Below are positions 8,447 to 17,582 of a DNA stretch of 29,639 bases, piece by piece. Origin of the DNA: a virus; the UHGV virus genome UHGV-0037185; one strand, given 5' to 3'. The position numbers and the translations under genes were made by a program. Each line of letters begins with the position of its first letter. Position 1 is the first letter of the stretch. The notes beneath the pieces are model-generated. The model made no database searches and was not told the DNA's origin. It saw nothing but the letters and a program-made list of their open reading frames with translations.

Positions 8447-9738
8447 TATGCAGCCCTCACGATAAAGTTAAATGCAATATTTCGCGCACGTGTTTCCGTT
8501 GATGTTCTGGCAACACGTGATGCATCAAAATAATAATTCGCCTGTTTATATGTACCACCTGTCGCAATTGATGCGAGATTTGGTGTCAATGTTGAAGAGG
8601 TAAATGCGCCGACAGTATTATTATTTGGCCCCGTGGTCATATCCAAAAAGCTACCTGTAATATTTTGCAGCGTATCGCTCTGAGCACTCAATAACGCTCG
8701 CCCACTGTCCACTCCACGCCCATCATCCCAGCCACGAATAAACTCACCACGTAAATCAGGCAATTTATTTGTCGGGTAAGCCTTTGCCAGCTCCGGGTAT
8801 TCTTCAGCAGAAAAAGCTGCACCATTGCATTTCAACCAGCCTGTCGGTGGTGTAGCTGAAGGCCACGGAACAGGCACACCAACAGGTAATGCAGAGCCTT
8901 CTCCCAAACCAAGGTATGCGAGAAGACCGGCAACATCCTTTCCACTCAAATGAGTCAGCGTATTGTCCAGCGGTTGTTTACCTGCCAGCGCATTGTTAAT
9001 GGTGGTGCTGAATTTCGGGTCATTGTTAATGGCTGCGGCAATTTCTTTCAGTGTATCCAGCGTGGCAGGCGCACCGTTAATCAGAGCGGTAATAGCCGCC
9101 TGAACAAACGCAGTGGTCGCAATCCGCGTGGTGTTATTTCCTGCAGTAGGCGTCGGCGCTTTTGGTTCTCCGGTAAATGTCGGATTATGTTTCTGTGCAT
9201 ACTGGGTATGAGGATCCTGTGCGGCAATATGCTTTCTCATTTGGTCATCCACATACAGCCTTAATTCCAGGACTTCATCATCCACGTATTTACGGGTCGC
9301 CAGTACCACCGACGGGTCGATTTTCAGCGTGATAGCTTCGGTATTCGTGACAACCAGAATCATGCGGATAGTCTGGGTACGACCACTGCCTTCCTGCAAC
9401 TGCGGTTTGTACGTTTCCGGGCAGTTCGCCACCGCAATGAGTACGCCTTCATCATCATAAAGCCCAATCTCACGGATCCAGAATCCGCCCTCGTTCTCAG
9501 GGATGATTTGCTCCGCAATAATCTGGCTCTGGTTGTTCGGGTCAACACTCAGAAGATTCAGCGGCGCGATGCGTTTCTGGTTAATAAGTTTTGTCTGTGC
9601 CGGGTCTGGTGTCGGCAAGACACCATTTGCATCACCAACGGCCATTTGCGTCAGATTCAGCTTACTGCCGAGCATCGTCGCGTTAGCCAGCCGTGCCGCG
9701 CCCTGATTAGTCAGAATGGCGTAGTATTTCACTGTCAT
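8446..9738 (-). CDS. H: Tail fibre protein gpH (constant N-terminal part plus currently expressed variable C-terminal part)
   Basis: 430-aa ORF after gpI; C-terminal region has the tail-fibre motif GEFIRGWDDGRGVDSGR; the crossover site lies in frame at about codon 276. Confidence 0.85.
   Translation of the reverse strand: MTVKYYAILTNQGAARLANATMLGSKLNLTQMAVGDANGVLPTPDPAQTKLINQKRIAPLNLLSVDPNNQSQIIAEQIIPENEGGFWIREIGLYDDEGVLIAVANCPETYKPQLQEGSGRTQTIRMILVVTNTEAITLKIDPSVVLATRKYVDDEVLELRLYVDDQMRKHIAAQDPHTQYAQKHNPTFTGEPKAPTPTAGNNTTRIATTAFVQAAITALINGAPATLDTLKEIAAAINNDPKFSTTINNALAGKQPLDNTLTHLSGKDVAGLLAYLGLGEGSALPVGVPVPWPSATPPTGWLKCNGAAFSAEEYPELAKAYPTNKLPDLRGEFIRGWDDGRGVDSGRALLSAQSDTLQNITGSFLDMTTGPNNNTVGAFTSSTLTPNLASIATGGTYKQANYYFDASRVARTSTETRARNIAFNFIVRAA
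8899..8924. other. Invertase crossover site, right (within H)
   Basis: ttctcccaaacc-AA-ggtatgcgagaa, an imperfect dyad (TTCTCCCAAACC / TTCTCGCATACC) with an AA core. Confidence 0.7.
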
Positions 9739-10346
9739 GCGTTTACTCTCAGGTTATCAATTAAATGAATGGCCGAGGCCGGGAAATAATCCCCTCCGAC
9801 AATAATGGCCTCCGGGGTGTAGGGATAAACCGTCAGGGCGTCACCGTGATAGCATCCCGCACCGGCAAAAATGTTGCCGGTTGTACTTAAACTGATAGCC
9901 AGTCCCGTCAGATGGCGACTTGCAGGTTTTGCATCAGCAACGAGACGCTCCAGCTCCTGATACATTTCCTCGGTAATACCCTGCTCAAGCACGCCAACAA
10001 CGATGCGGAACGTCCCCGGCTCCTCGTTGAGCTGCCACCACTCCCTCACCTCAATCAGATAGCCGAGCGGCTCCACCACACGGCGAATCGCACCAATAGT
10101 GCCCTTATGGCAGTGAATGAAATACGCATCGCGGATAACAGCGCGTTTTGTCGCTTCCGGCCATTTATCATCCCAGCGGTCAACCGAAAATGACCACGCC
10201 AGCCACGGCAGCAGATTTGCCGGACAGGTATCCGGGTTCCACAGCTCACGAATACTGACCGGCGTTTTTTCAATTTCCGCACAGGCTTTTGCGGCGGCGA
10301 CTTCAAGCGGTGATGAGCCGGTCGGCAGCAGGCGCGAATCACTCAT
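9735..10346 (-). CDS. I: Baseplate assembly protein gpI
   Basis: 203-aa ORF between J and H by P2 synteny (V-W-J-I-H-G). Confidence 0.8.
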   Translation of the reverse strand: MSDSRLLPTGSSPLEVAAAKACAEIEKTPVSIRELWNPDTCPANLLPWLAWSFSVDRWDDKWPEATKRAVIRDAYFIHCHKGTIGAIRRVVEPLGYLIEVREWWQLNEEPGTFRIVVGVLEQGITEEMYQELERLVADAKPASRHLTGLAISLSTTGNIFAGAGCYHGDALTVYPYTPEAIIVGGDYFPASAIHLIDNLRVNA

Positions 10347-11245
10347 CCGAGCCTCCGGTCACGACGCTGTATTCGGTGCAGAAAGACGCCTGCGTACTGT
10401 TGAGCACAATGTCGGCCAGTGGTGCGGCCAGCTCGACACGCTGCACGCCTTCCACATGCAAAGCGGCATAAATGGCAGACAGACGGATGTCACGCCCCAG
10501 CCGGTGCTGTGCCGTGATGTACGCTTCCAGTTTTTTCACGGCAGCAGCGCGGATGGGTTCGCTTTCGGGACCAGGGTAAAGGTAAAGCGTGGCGTTTATC
10601 TGGTATTCAACGATGGCGGCAGACTGCACGGTCACGCGGTCGGCCACCGGCCTGACGTCCTCACCATTAAGGGCGTTACGCACCACGGCCAGCAGGTCTT
10701 CGGATGCAACACCGTTATTTTCACGTGACAGCACAGAGATGGTGACGCAGGCCGGAGACGGACTGGTTACAGAAATATCCGCGACACGCCCGTCGGCACT
10801 GCGACCATGATACTGATAGGCTCCCACCGACCCGGCGACGCTTAAACCTTCAAACGCCTGCTGAATACGCAGACGGTAATCGGTGTCAGATTCCATCACG
10901 GCCGGTGTCGGCGGGAGGGTCGAATCATCTGCCGGGGTGATAGTCAGGCGCGTGGTGTTGTAATTGGCACCAATCACATCAAGGTCATTACCGGCGGCAC
11001 AGGCCAGCATTACCGCCCGTGCAGCCTCATACACGCTGACGCCAGATAAGCTCACGATAAGCATTTTCCTCCAGCAGTTTGACGAGAGGCTCGGATTCCA
11101 GCGTCAGGGTACGGGCGACCGCCTCCTGCTGGTCTTCCGGGTAAAGGGAAATCAGTGTCGCCTTGCGTTCGGCGAGAATGGTTTCAAAGTCCAGCTCCTC
11201 GACCACATCCGGTGCGGGTAGCTGGTTCAGGTCGATAATCGGCAT
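10339..11245 (-). pseudogene. J: Baseplate protein gpJ, interrupted by a frameshift near 11029-11035
   Basis: N-terminal 72-aa ORF (MPIIDLNQLPAPDVVEELDFETILAERK...) stops at 11027; the remainder continues in another frame (10339..11064). Span is 907 nt, two nt short of the 909 expected for a 302-aa P2 gpJ. Confidence 0.8.
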
Positions 11246-11249
11246 GGTT

Positions 11250-11597
11250 TCAACTCACAGGGATGGTTAACGAAAGTGGCTGGCCGGTGTCGTTGTGCTG
11301 GCCGGTCAAAGTGACAGTCATTCGCCCGTCAAAACTGCGCTCAGTGGTGACGGATGACAGGGTTACGCGGGGTTCCCATTTCAGCACCGCCATGTAACAG
11401 GCGACCTTAATCTGCAACTCAAGCGCCGGGGTCTGCGGCTGGTCAATCATTGACGCCAGCAACGAGCCGTAATCACGACGCATCACCCGTGAGCCGACGG
11501 GGGTACGCAGGATATCGCCGATACTCTGGCTGATATGCTCAAGGTCAGTGACAGTCAGGCCATCACTGCGATTCATTCCGAGATAACGCGCTGTCAT
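11250..11597 (-). CDS. W: Baseplate wedge protein gpW
   Basis: 115-aa ORF, same length and position as P2 gpW. Confidence 0.88.
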   Translation of the reverse strand: MTARYLGMNRSDGLTVTDLEHISQSIGDILRTPVGSRVMRRDYGSLLASMIDQPQTPALELQIKVACYMAVLKWEPRVTLSSVTTERSFDGRMTVTLTGQHNDTGQPLSLTIPVS

Positions 11598-12229
11598 AAA
11601 GGACTCCCGGTTGTGCCGCCGCTGTCGCCGGGGTGTTTATGGGTATGCAGTACCTTACCGTTTGATGAGAGTTCACCGCCGGTATGTTTAATGTTGCCGC
11701 GCATCGTCCCGCCCTTCTGCACTTCCAGCGTGCCGGTAATCAGTCTGTTGGTGCAGACCACCTCCGGGGTGTCCAGGGTGATGCGGGTTGACGCTTTCAC
11801 CATGACCACCGGCACCGTGGCAGTAACAGAATCAGAAGCCGTCACGCTGGCCGTTTTAATTCCGCTTACCGTGAGTGCACTGGTTTCGGGTTCATACTCA
11901 ATCACCGCCCCGTCAGGGAAACGGATATGCAGGGCATCCGCCGACGCAGACGGCGCGGGGTTATCGCCGGAATAAATCCCCGGCAGAACGAACGCCGTGT
12001 CGAGTTCACCGCCCACGGCCAGAATCAGCACCTGTTCCCCCACGGAAGGTGCCCACCATGTGCGCGAACGTCCGGCGCGATGGGTCAGCCACTGAAGCCA
12101 GTCGGTGCACATGCCGCCGGTCTGGACACGGCAGCGACCGGCGTTAAGGTCGGTTTCGACGATAATGCCGGTGCGGATCATGTTGCGCAGTGCGCGCGCG
12201 AGTTCCTGAATATTTGCGAGAGTGTTCAT
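11594..12229 (-). CDS. V: Baseplate spike/hub protein gpV
   Basis: 211-aa ORF, same length and position as P2 gpV. Confidence 0.88.
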   Translation of the reverse strand: MNTLANIQELARALRNMIRTGIIVETDLNAGRCRVQTGGMCTDWLQWLTHRAGRSRTWWAPSVGEQVLILAVGGELDTAFVLPGIYSGDNPAPSASADALHIRFPDGAVIEYEPETSALTVSGIKTASVTASDSVTATVPVVMVKASTRITLDTPEVVCTNRLITGTLEVQKGGTMRGNIKHTGGELSSNGKVLHTHKHPGDSGGTTGSPL

Positions 12230-12295
12230 AACGGGAAGGATGCCGCCGGGTCATACCGGCGGCAATGTGCCGATGAGGTGTCGGGAATGGCACAA

Positions 12296-12748
12296 CTAAC
12301 GGTCGAGGTGAGCCAGGATAATCTCTTCAATCATCTGCACATCCTCACCGGTAAAGCCGAGCAGAGGACGCGCCGGATAATCAATTTTCTTACCGTCTTT
12401 CCGGTTTTCTTCCGACAGACCGAACTGATGCACGCTGGCGATTTTCGGTGACTTCCCGCCGTAAAATTCCATTGATGCCTGTTCCGGGCTGGCGCGGATA
12501 TGCAAAAAACGGCTGGTGATAAGTTTCGCAAACATTTTTCGCTTAACACGACCGGTCTTTTTTCTGGCGCTCTGCTGCTGGCGTGGCGCGTAGGGTGTGC
12601 CGTCCGGGGCTTTCTGTGCCATCACCCGGCGCTGCTGACTCTGACGCAGACGTTTCGCCAGTTCGGCGCTCAGTCGCCGACGCCCTGACGGTGACAGCGA
12701 CTCAATCAGTCCGGTCAGCCGGTCTTCAAAACGCTTAAACTCATTCAT
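12296..12748 (-). CDS. S: Tail completion protein gpS
   Basis: 150-aa ORF, same length and position as P2 gpS. Confidence 0.85.
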   Translation of the reverse strand: MNEFKRFEDRLTGLIESLSPSGRRRLSAELAKRLRQSQQRRVMAQKAPDGTPYAPRQQQSARKKTGRVKRKMFAKLITSRFLHIRASPEQASMEFYGGKSPKIASVHQFGLSEENRKDGKKIDYPARPLLGFTGEDVQMIEEIILAHLDR

Positions 12749-13208
12749 CCCACTTACTCACCAGTTCACCATTGATATAAAGCTCCATCGGGCGGGTGAC
12801 CGGCTCCGGCAGCGGGGGTTCCGGGATATTCTTCACATGCAGCGCGCCGTCAACCTCACTGACCAGCGTGCGCTCGGTCAGCATCAGGCTGATGCTGATA
12901 TCAAAGCTGCTGTCATTGTTGATGTCCGCATAAAACGTGAAGCCCTTTTTCTGGCCTTCGTCGGTGGTCATGATGTCGGGCTGATTTTCCCGCAGCCACG
13001 CCAGCACCGGCACGATGAGCAGGTCAAAATCACCGGTAAAGTCGGTCACAATGACATTGAGCGTGTAACGCTTTTCAAATGACAGCGACGTCGCCAGTGT
13101 GGAGGCAATACTTCCGTTATCCACGAATATCCGCAACATCTCGGGACTGGTTTTCAGCACCGTGACGGCATCAGTCAGCGCCCTGCGCAGGCTGTCGGGT
13201 TTGAGCAT
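12741..13208 (-). CDS. R: Tail completion protein gpR
   Basis: 155-aa ORF, same length and position as P2 gpR. Confidence 0.85.
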   Translation of the reverse strand: MLKPDSLRRALTDAVTVLKTSPEMLRIFVDNGSIASTLATSLSFEKRYTLNVIVTDFTGDFDLLIVPVLAWLRENQPDIMTTDEGQKKGFTFYADINNDSSFDISISLMLTERTLVSEVDGALHVKNIPEPPLPEPVTRPMELYINGELVSKWDE

Positions 13209-13461
13209 CGTTTCCGTCCTGACAGTGTTTAATCATTTTTATCTGGCTGGCACAGTGTGCCAGCGCGTTCTCAAGCTGCCGGATATCGGCACTTAAATCG
13301 CCGTTCGTCTGCGGGTCACTGCCCGGCATCGGGCAAAGGCTCACTTTCGGGCAGGCGTTGGCGACAATCACTGGCGTCAGTGCAGGCGGGGCGCTGGTGC
13401 AACCGGCGCACAGCATCAGGCAGGCCAGCGCCGTACCAGCGGCGAAAATCTTCGTTTTCAT
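13171..13461 (-). CDS. lysC: LysC (Rz1-like outer-membrane lipoprotein spanin), nested and out of frame in lysB
   Basis: Internal start gives MKTKIFAAGTALACLMLCAGC..., a signal peptide with lipobox (LCAGC); starts inside lysB and extends past its stop. Confidence 0.7.
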   Translation of the reverse strand: MKTKIFAAGTALACLMLCAGCTSAPPALTPVIVANACPKVSLCPMPGSDPQTNGDLSADIRQLENALAHCASQIKMIKHCQDGNDAQTRQPAQGAD

Positions 13462-13741
13462 TAAGTAACCTCGTGATGGTTTTCTCGCGCTGTGCTTCAC
13501 GCTTCGCGGCGTTCTCCAGTTCCTGACGCAGTGCCACCTGCGCCAGCTCGTTTTTGTCTGCCCTGGTGATGGCAACATGAAGCTGATTTTGCAGCATGGT
13601 GATGGTCGTCTGCTGCCCGCTGGCGACGTTGTTCGCCCTGTCCAGCGAGGCGCGCAGGCTGGCGTTTTCATGCTTCACCAGAAACAGCCCCGCCAACGCC
13701 AGCGATAACAGCACAACCATCACAATCATCAGCTTTGACAT
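13316..13741 (-). CDS. lysB: LysB (Rz-like inner-membrane spanin)
   Basis: 141-aa ORF with N-terminal transmembrane helix (MSKLMIVMVVLLSLALAGLFLV) and coiled-coil-like remainder; same length as P2 LysB. Confidence 0.85.
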   Translation of the reverse strand: MSKLMIVMVVLLSLALAGLFLVKHENASLRASLDRANNVASGQQTTITMLQNQLHVAITRADKNELAQVALRQELENAAKREAQREKTITRLLNENEDFRRWYGAGLPDAVRRLHQRPACTDASDCRQRLPESEPLPDAGQ

Positions 13742-14154
13742 GGTTCCCGCCCCTCAAAACGCTGACGGCAGGCCGTACGTATCAGCCGGAAGAACACCGA
13801 CGCCACGAGATAAATCAGCGCGGTAAAAATCCACCCGGCAGCGACCAGCGAGATAAACGTCGCCACCATCACCACCAGAGCCACCGCCCGTCTGCGCCAC
13901 GGCACCGGCTGCAAAAACAGCGACGTGACAATCTTCACGGCCAGCGATTCCGGCGGAAGCTCCCGCCCGTAGCGTTCCAGCACATACTCAGTGGCATACA
14001 CGCCGACACCACCGGCAACCACACAGATAACCGTCGCCAGAATCGCCCAGGCGGCGACAAAATTGACGGCCACGCTCTGCGGGTAAATCAGGGACAGTGC
14101 CAGCATCAGCGCCAGCGACACGTTCAGCATCAGTGAAAGGGATAATTTCTTCAT
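13729..14154 (-). CDS. lysA: LysA, multi-pass membrane lysis-timing protein
   Basis: 141-aa hydrophobic ORF between K and lysB; same length as P2 LysA. Confidence 0.8.
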   Translation of the reverse strand: MKKLSLSLMLNVSLALMLALSLIYPQSVAVNFVAAWAILATVICVVAGGVGVYATEYVLERYGRELPPESLAVKIVTSLFLQPVPWRRRAVALVVMVATFISLVAAGWIFTALIYLVASVFFRLIRTACRQRFEGREPCQS

Positions 14155-14168
14155 GGTGTTTACTCCGT

Positions 14169-14666
14169 TTAAGCCGGTACGCCGCCAGCGGTACGCCAGA
14201 CGGTGACCAGTTTTTCCAGTGAATGCTCACGCTGACCGTAACCGGCACCCGGCAGGGACGCCCAGATATTGCGACAGCGTGAAATGGCTCGCTCAATGCG
14301 TCCCGCCCGGATGTCATCCAGTGCACCGCGTTCGCGGATCAACTGAATGGCAAGTCTGTCCTGTGACAACGGACTGAAATCCGGCAGGGCAAGCTGTTTG
14401 CGGTAATGCGGCCAGAACAGGTAAAGCTGCTGATAGCGACCGGAGGCCGTGGATTTTTCACCGCGACGGTTAAACACCTTCGCCGGTCGGCCATGTGCGA
14501 ACGGGTGGTCACTGTAGTCGGTGAAAATTTCCGGCTTCCCGTCCAGTCCGGTGACTATCACGTCATAGCCCCGGTTTTTCGTCAGCGGATGGTTTGCCGT
14601 CCCTTCGGACACGGCCAGCATGTCGAGAAAGGCGGCGATATTCTGATGCGTGTTAATAACCGGCAT
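14169..14666 (-). CDS. K: Endolysin gpK (phage lysozyme family)
   Basis: 165-aa ORF (MPVINTHQNIAAFLDMLAVSEGT...) at the P2 K position; its start overlaps the holin stop. Confidence 0.9.
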   Translation of the reverse strand: MPVINTHQNIAAFLDMLAVSEGTANHPLTKNRGYDVIVTGLDGKPEIFTDYSDHPFAHGRPAKVFNRRGEKSTASGRYQQLYLFWPHYRKQLALPDFSPLSQDRLAIQLIRERGALDDIRAGRIERAISRCRNIWASLPGAGYGQREHSLEKLVTVWRTAGGVPA

Positions 14667-14946
14667 TACGGTTTCCCCCTGCCCTTAAAGCGGCGCTGAA
14701 TGGCAATCTCAATCACCTGATAACCGGCGATACCCAGCATGGAGCCGATACCGCACACCGCAGGCAGTGACAGGTCAGGAAACTGCACCAGAACAACACC
14801 GGCAACCATCGAGACAAACCACCAAGCAACATGCGCCCGATAAACAGACGCGGGGTGATGGGTTCACCACCGGCAAGCACCTTGCCGACAACAATCAGCA
14901 CCCCAATCATGAAAAGCGACAGGACGCTTTTTTCTTCTGCTGTCAT
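14666..14946 (-). pseudogene. Y: Holin gpY, interrupted by an apparent 1-nt deletion frameshift near 14812-14818
   Basis: N-terminal 45 codons (MTAEEKSVLSLFMIGVLIVVGKVLAGG...) are in one frame; the holin-like C-terminus (VSMVAGVVLVQFPDLSLPAVCGIGSMLGIAGYQVIEIAIQRRFKGRGKP, stop overlapping the K start) is in another. Span is 281 nt, one short of 94 codons. Confidence 0.8.
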
Positions 14947-14949
14947 GCG

Positions 14950-15153
14950 TTACTCCCACAGATTGACAGTTTCAGCCACGGGCGCGGTCTGAACGTCGGG
15001 CAGTTCGACGGCGGTGCCGTGTGGCAGCACCGCGCCCAGTTCAGCCAGTCCCGGATTTGCGGCGAGCACGGCCTCGACCACGCCCTCAGTGCGCCCGTAA
15101 TACCGGACACAAATGGCGTCGAGCGTGTCGCCCTGTAGCGCAAAGGTCTTCAT
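14950..15153 (-). CDS. X: Tail protein gpX (LysM-like)
   Basis: Internal start MKTFALQGDTLDAICVRYYG... gives 67 aa, the P2 gpX length. Confidence 0.8.
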   Translation of the reverse strand: MKTFALQGDTLDAICVRYYGRTEGVVEAVLAANPGLAELGAVLPHGTAVELPDVQTAPVAETVNLWE

Positions 15154-15662
15154 CAGATTTGACTCACGATGCAGCGCGGCTTGTCCTGGATGCGCGCCAC
15201 TGCCCAGCGCATATCCCGCCACAGCTCATCAATGGTGCTGTCAATGCTGTCGGCCTTCTTGTCGCCTTTCGCACTGGCATCCACGCCGCGATAACGCTCA
15301 TAAAGCGACGCGGTCGCCATCGCACACACGGCGCGCTCGTAGTAAAAAACTTTGATACTTTCACCGTCGATGTCGTCCGCCGGAACGTCCGCCAGACGCG
15401 TAAAACCGGCGGCAATTTTCTGTTCGCGGTACTCGTACAGCTCCGCATTTGTTTCCGCCATGCCTGACTTGATGGCCTCACGCAGACGGGCGGGGGCGAC
15501 GGTCTGCTCAAGGCGCATACGTTCCCGGACGCGCTTCGGGTCGATATCGGGAAAAAAGAACGTGTTTTTAATCACCGGCTCGTCGCCTGCCGGTTGCGGG
15601 ATGACCACCGTACCCTCACCGGACACGGGAGCCTCCTTTCGCGGAATAATCAGCGTCATCAT
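15153..15662 (-). CDS. L: Capsid completion protein gpL
   Basis: ORF 15153..15722; the start at MMTLIIPRKEAP gives 169 aa as in P2 gpL. Confidence 0.8.
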   Translation of the reverse strand: MMTLIIPRKEAPVSGEGTVVIPQPAGDEPVIKNTFFFPDIDPKRVRERMRLEQTVAPARLREAIKSGMAETNAELYEYREQKIAAGFTRLADVPADDIDGESIKVFYYERAVCAMATASLYERYRGVDASAKGDKKADSIDSTIDELWRDMRWAVARIQDKPRCIVSQI

Positions 15663-15761
15663 GACTACCTCTGAAAAGTCGGGCGGTGGACGCCGGTGCA
15701 GTGTCAGGTGATTCACCCTCACTGACCGGCGTGCCGCCCTGGCGCGGGGCGCATTCGGTTG

Positions 15762-16505
15762 TTAACTGGCTTTCTTTTTCGGGCGTCCACGTTTTGCCGG
15801 TGTCACGCTCCGGGTCTTACGCGGGGTACGGGTGGCCGCTTTTGGCTGCGGCTCCGGCTTCGGTTTCAGCTCCCGCTCCAGTCGTTCAATCTCTTTTTTG
15901 ACGCCTGCCTGACAGTCGAGCTGTGTCGCACGTTGCAGATGCGCCAGCGCCCCTGCGGCATCACCAGCGTCACGCAGAAACAGACCGGTGATTTTGTGCA
16001 GCTTTGCGCGCACTTCATCAGGCATGTCTGCCGTGGCGGTCAGTGCAAGGGTCTCCGTCAGCAGGCGGGTATCCACAGACTCACCGGCAGCGTGGGCGCG
16101 CATGGCCGCGAGCGCCACCTCCTCGGTGAACATGTACGGCGGGGTGCGGCGGTGTTTACCCGGCATGGTCAGACCGTACTTCAGGGCATAACGGGCAATC
16201 TCCAGCGCACCGGCAATATCGCCGGTATCCAGACGCCACAGCATGACCGTCATCAGAATGTCATCCTGTGCACCTTTGCCCTGCTCCAGCACGCCGTTCA
16301 CCCACGGCAACCAGAACGGCAGCAGTTCGCGTTTTTTCGCGGCCTTCAGCTCTTTTGAATAAATCGCTTTCAGTGTGCGCTGGTCTGCGGCCAGCTTGAC
16401 CAGCATCTGCTCATAGACAGTTGCATGTCGCAGCGGGGCGGCGTCCCGCTGCGCGGTCATCGCTGCCGAGACCCGCATCATGTGGCGCTGTGCGGGACTC
16501 GTCAT
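15762..16505 (-). CDS. M: Terminase small (endonuclease) subunit gpM
   Basis: 247-aa ORF, same length and position as P2 gpM. Confidence 0.88.
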   Translation of the reverse strand: MTSPAQRHMMRVSAAMTAQRDAAPLRHATVYEQMLVKLAADQRTLKAIYSKELKAAKKRELLPFWLPWVNGVLEQGKGAQDDILMTVMLWRLDTGDIAGALEIARYALKYGLTMPGKHRRTPPYMFTEEVALAAMRAHAAGESVDTRLLTETLALTATADMPDEVRAKLHKITGLFLRDAGDAAGALAHLQRATQLDCQAGVKKEIERLERELKPKPEPQPKAATRTPRKTRSVTPAKRGRPKKKAS

Positions 16506-16508
16506 CGG

Positions 16509-17582
16509 TTACGCTCCCGGCTCTGCGGTCACTTTAGTCGGTGTGGAGAAGTCACCGACCTTAATTTTTTCCACCAGACAACCGGCGGCGTAGTCTTCCA
16601 CCACGTAATCAATGTTCATTGACTCGTAGTTCTCCACGCGGTCGAGTTTCGGGTTTTCCTCAATCACGCGGCGATGGCTGTCATCCATGTAGTAGATGGA
16701 CAGGTTTTCCAGCTTCGTGATGAGCATCGCATCCGCCGGGAAGTACGGGACGCGTACCGCCGGCAGGTTACCGATGCGTTTCTGGCTGATGATGACGTCA
16801 GCGGCCAGCATTTCGCTGTTGTCCTGCTCCTTGTTGACGATGGGGAAATATTTGTCCGCCAGCAGCTGACGCCCCACAATCACCACAAGGTCAGGGTCTT
16901 CCTGATACCACGGCTCAATCAGGTTGTTGGTCGCATCCATCACCAGTGCATCGAGGCTGGCATAATCACCGCCCTTACCCACGCGGATGACCTCAGAGGT
17001 GGTGTGCCCTTCCTCGTCAGTGACCTTGCTCATCACGCGCGCCGGTGCTTCATTGCGGTATTTCTGCAGCCAGCCAACCGCCACATCCTGCAGCATCGGA
17101 TTGCTGCTGCGGTCAGAGGTTTCGGCACGCTTCACGCCGTTAAAACCGGCCATGATTAAATCAAGGGACTGGCGTTTGATAATGGCGTTACGGATACGGA
17201 GCTGGAAATCCTGATAACGCGCCCACAGGTCCAGCGTTTTGTAGCGGATATAAAAATCGAAGTTAATCTGGTCGCATTCGTACTTACTGGACGCCAGCTT
17301 CGAGAAGTCCTTCGGCTGACGCTCGGTGCCACCGGCGGTGTCGGTGGTGCTGGCGATGGAGCCGGTGACACCGATGCCAATTTTTTCCCCTTTCATTTCG
17401 CTGACCGGCACAATGTTGATGCGGGTCAGAAAGTCAGAGGACTCCTGCATGGTGTTCATCAGGGTCTGGGTGACCGACGGTTCAACGGTGAATTTTTTCG
17501 ACACATCACCGGCGTCGATGCCGTTCAGTTCGGCAACACGGGACAGGTAGGCATTAAATTTAAAGCGGGTTTCCTGGCGCAT
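16509..17582 (-). CDS. N: Major capsid protein gpN
   Basis: 357-aa ORF, same length and position as P2 gpN. Confidence 0.92.
   Translation of the reverse strand: MRQETRFKFNAYLSRVAELNGIDAGDVSKKFTVEPSVTQTLMNTMQESSDFLTRINIVPVSEMKGEKIGIGVTGSIASTTDTAGGTERQPKDFSKLASSKYECDQINFDFYIRYKTLDLWARYQDFQLRIRNAIIKRQSLDLIMAGFNGVKRAETSDRSSNPMLQDVAVGWLQKYRNEAPARVMSKVTDEEGHTTSEVIRVGKGGDYASLDALVMDATNNLIEPWYQEDPDLVVIVGRQLLADKYFPIVNKEQDNSEMLAADVIISQKRIGNLPAVRVPYFPADAMLITKLENLSIYYMDDSHRRVIEENPKLDRVENYESMNIDYVVEDYAAGCLVEKIKVGDFSTPTKVTAEPGA

Larger units (their letters stand above)
7073..8912. other. Invertible tail-fibre (host-range) segment, about 1.84 kb, bounded by the two crossover sites
   Basis: Inverted crossover sites flank convergent Sv'/tfa' and Sv/tfa gene pairs next to a Pin-like invertase. 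Confidence 0.7.

Noticed and set aside
12230-12295. Search for Ogr-type late promoter dyads (TGT-N12-ACA) upstream of V, FI and in the O/P intergenic region
   Set aside because: No clean match could be identified by eye at the expected positions; late promoters probably exist but I cannot place them reliably without a motif scan.
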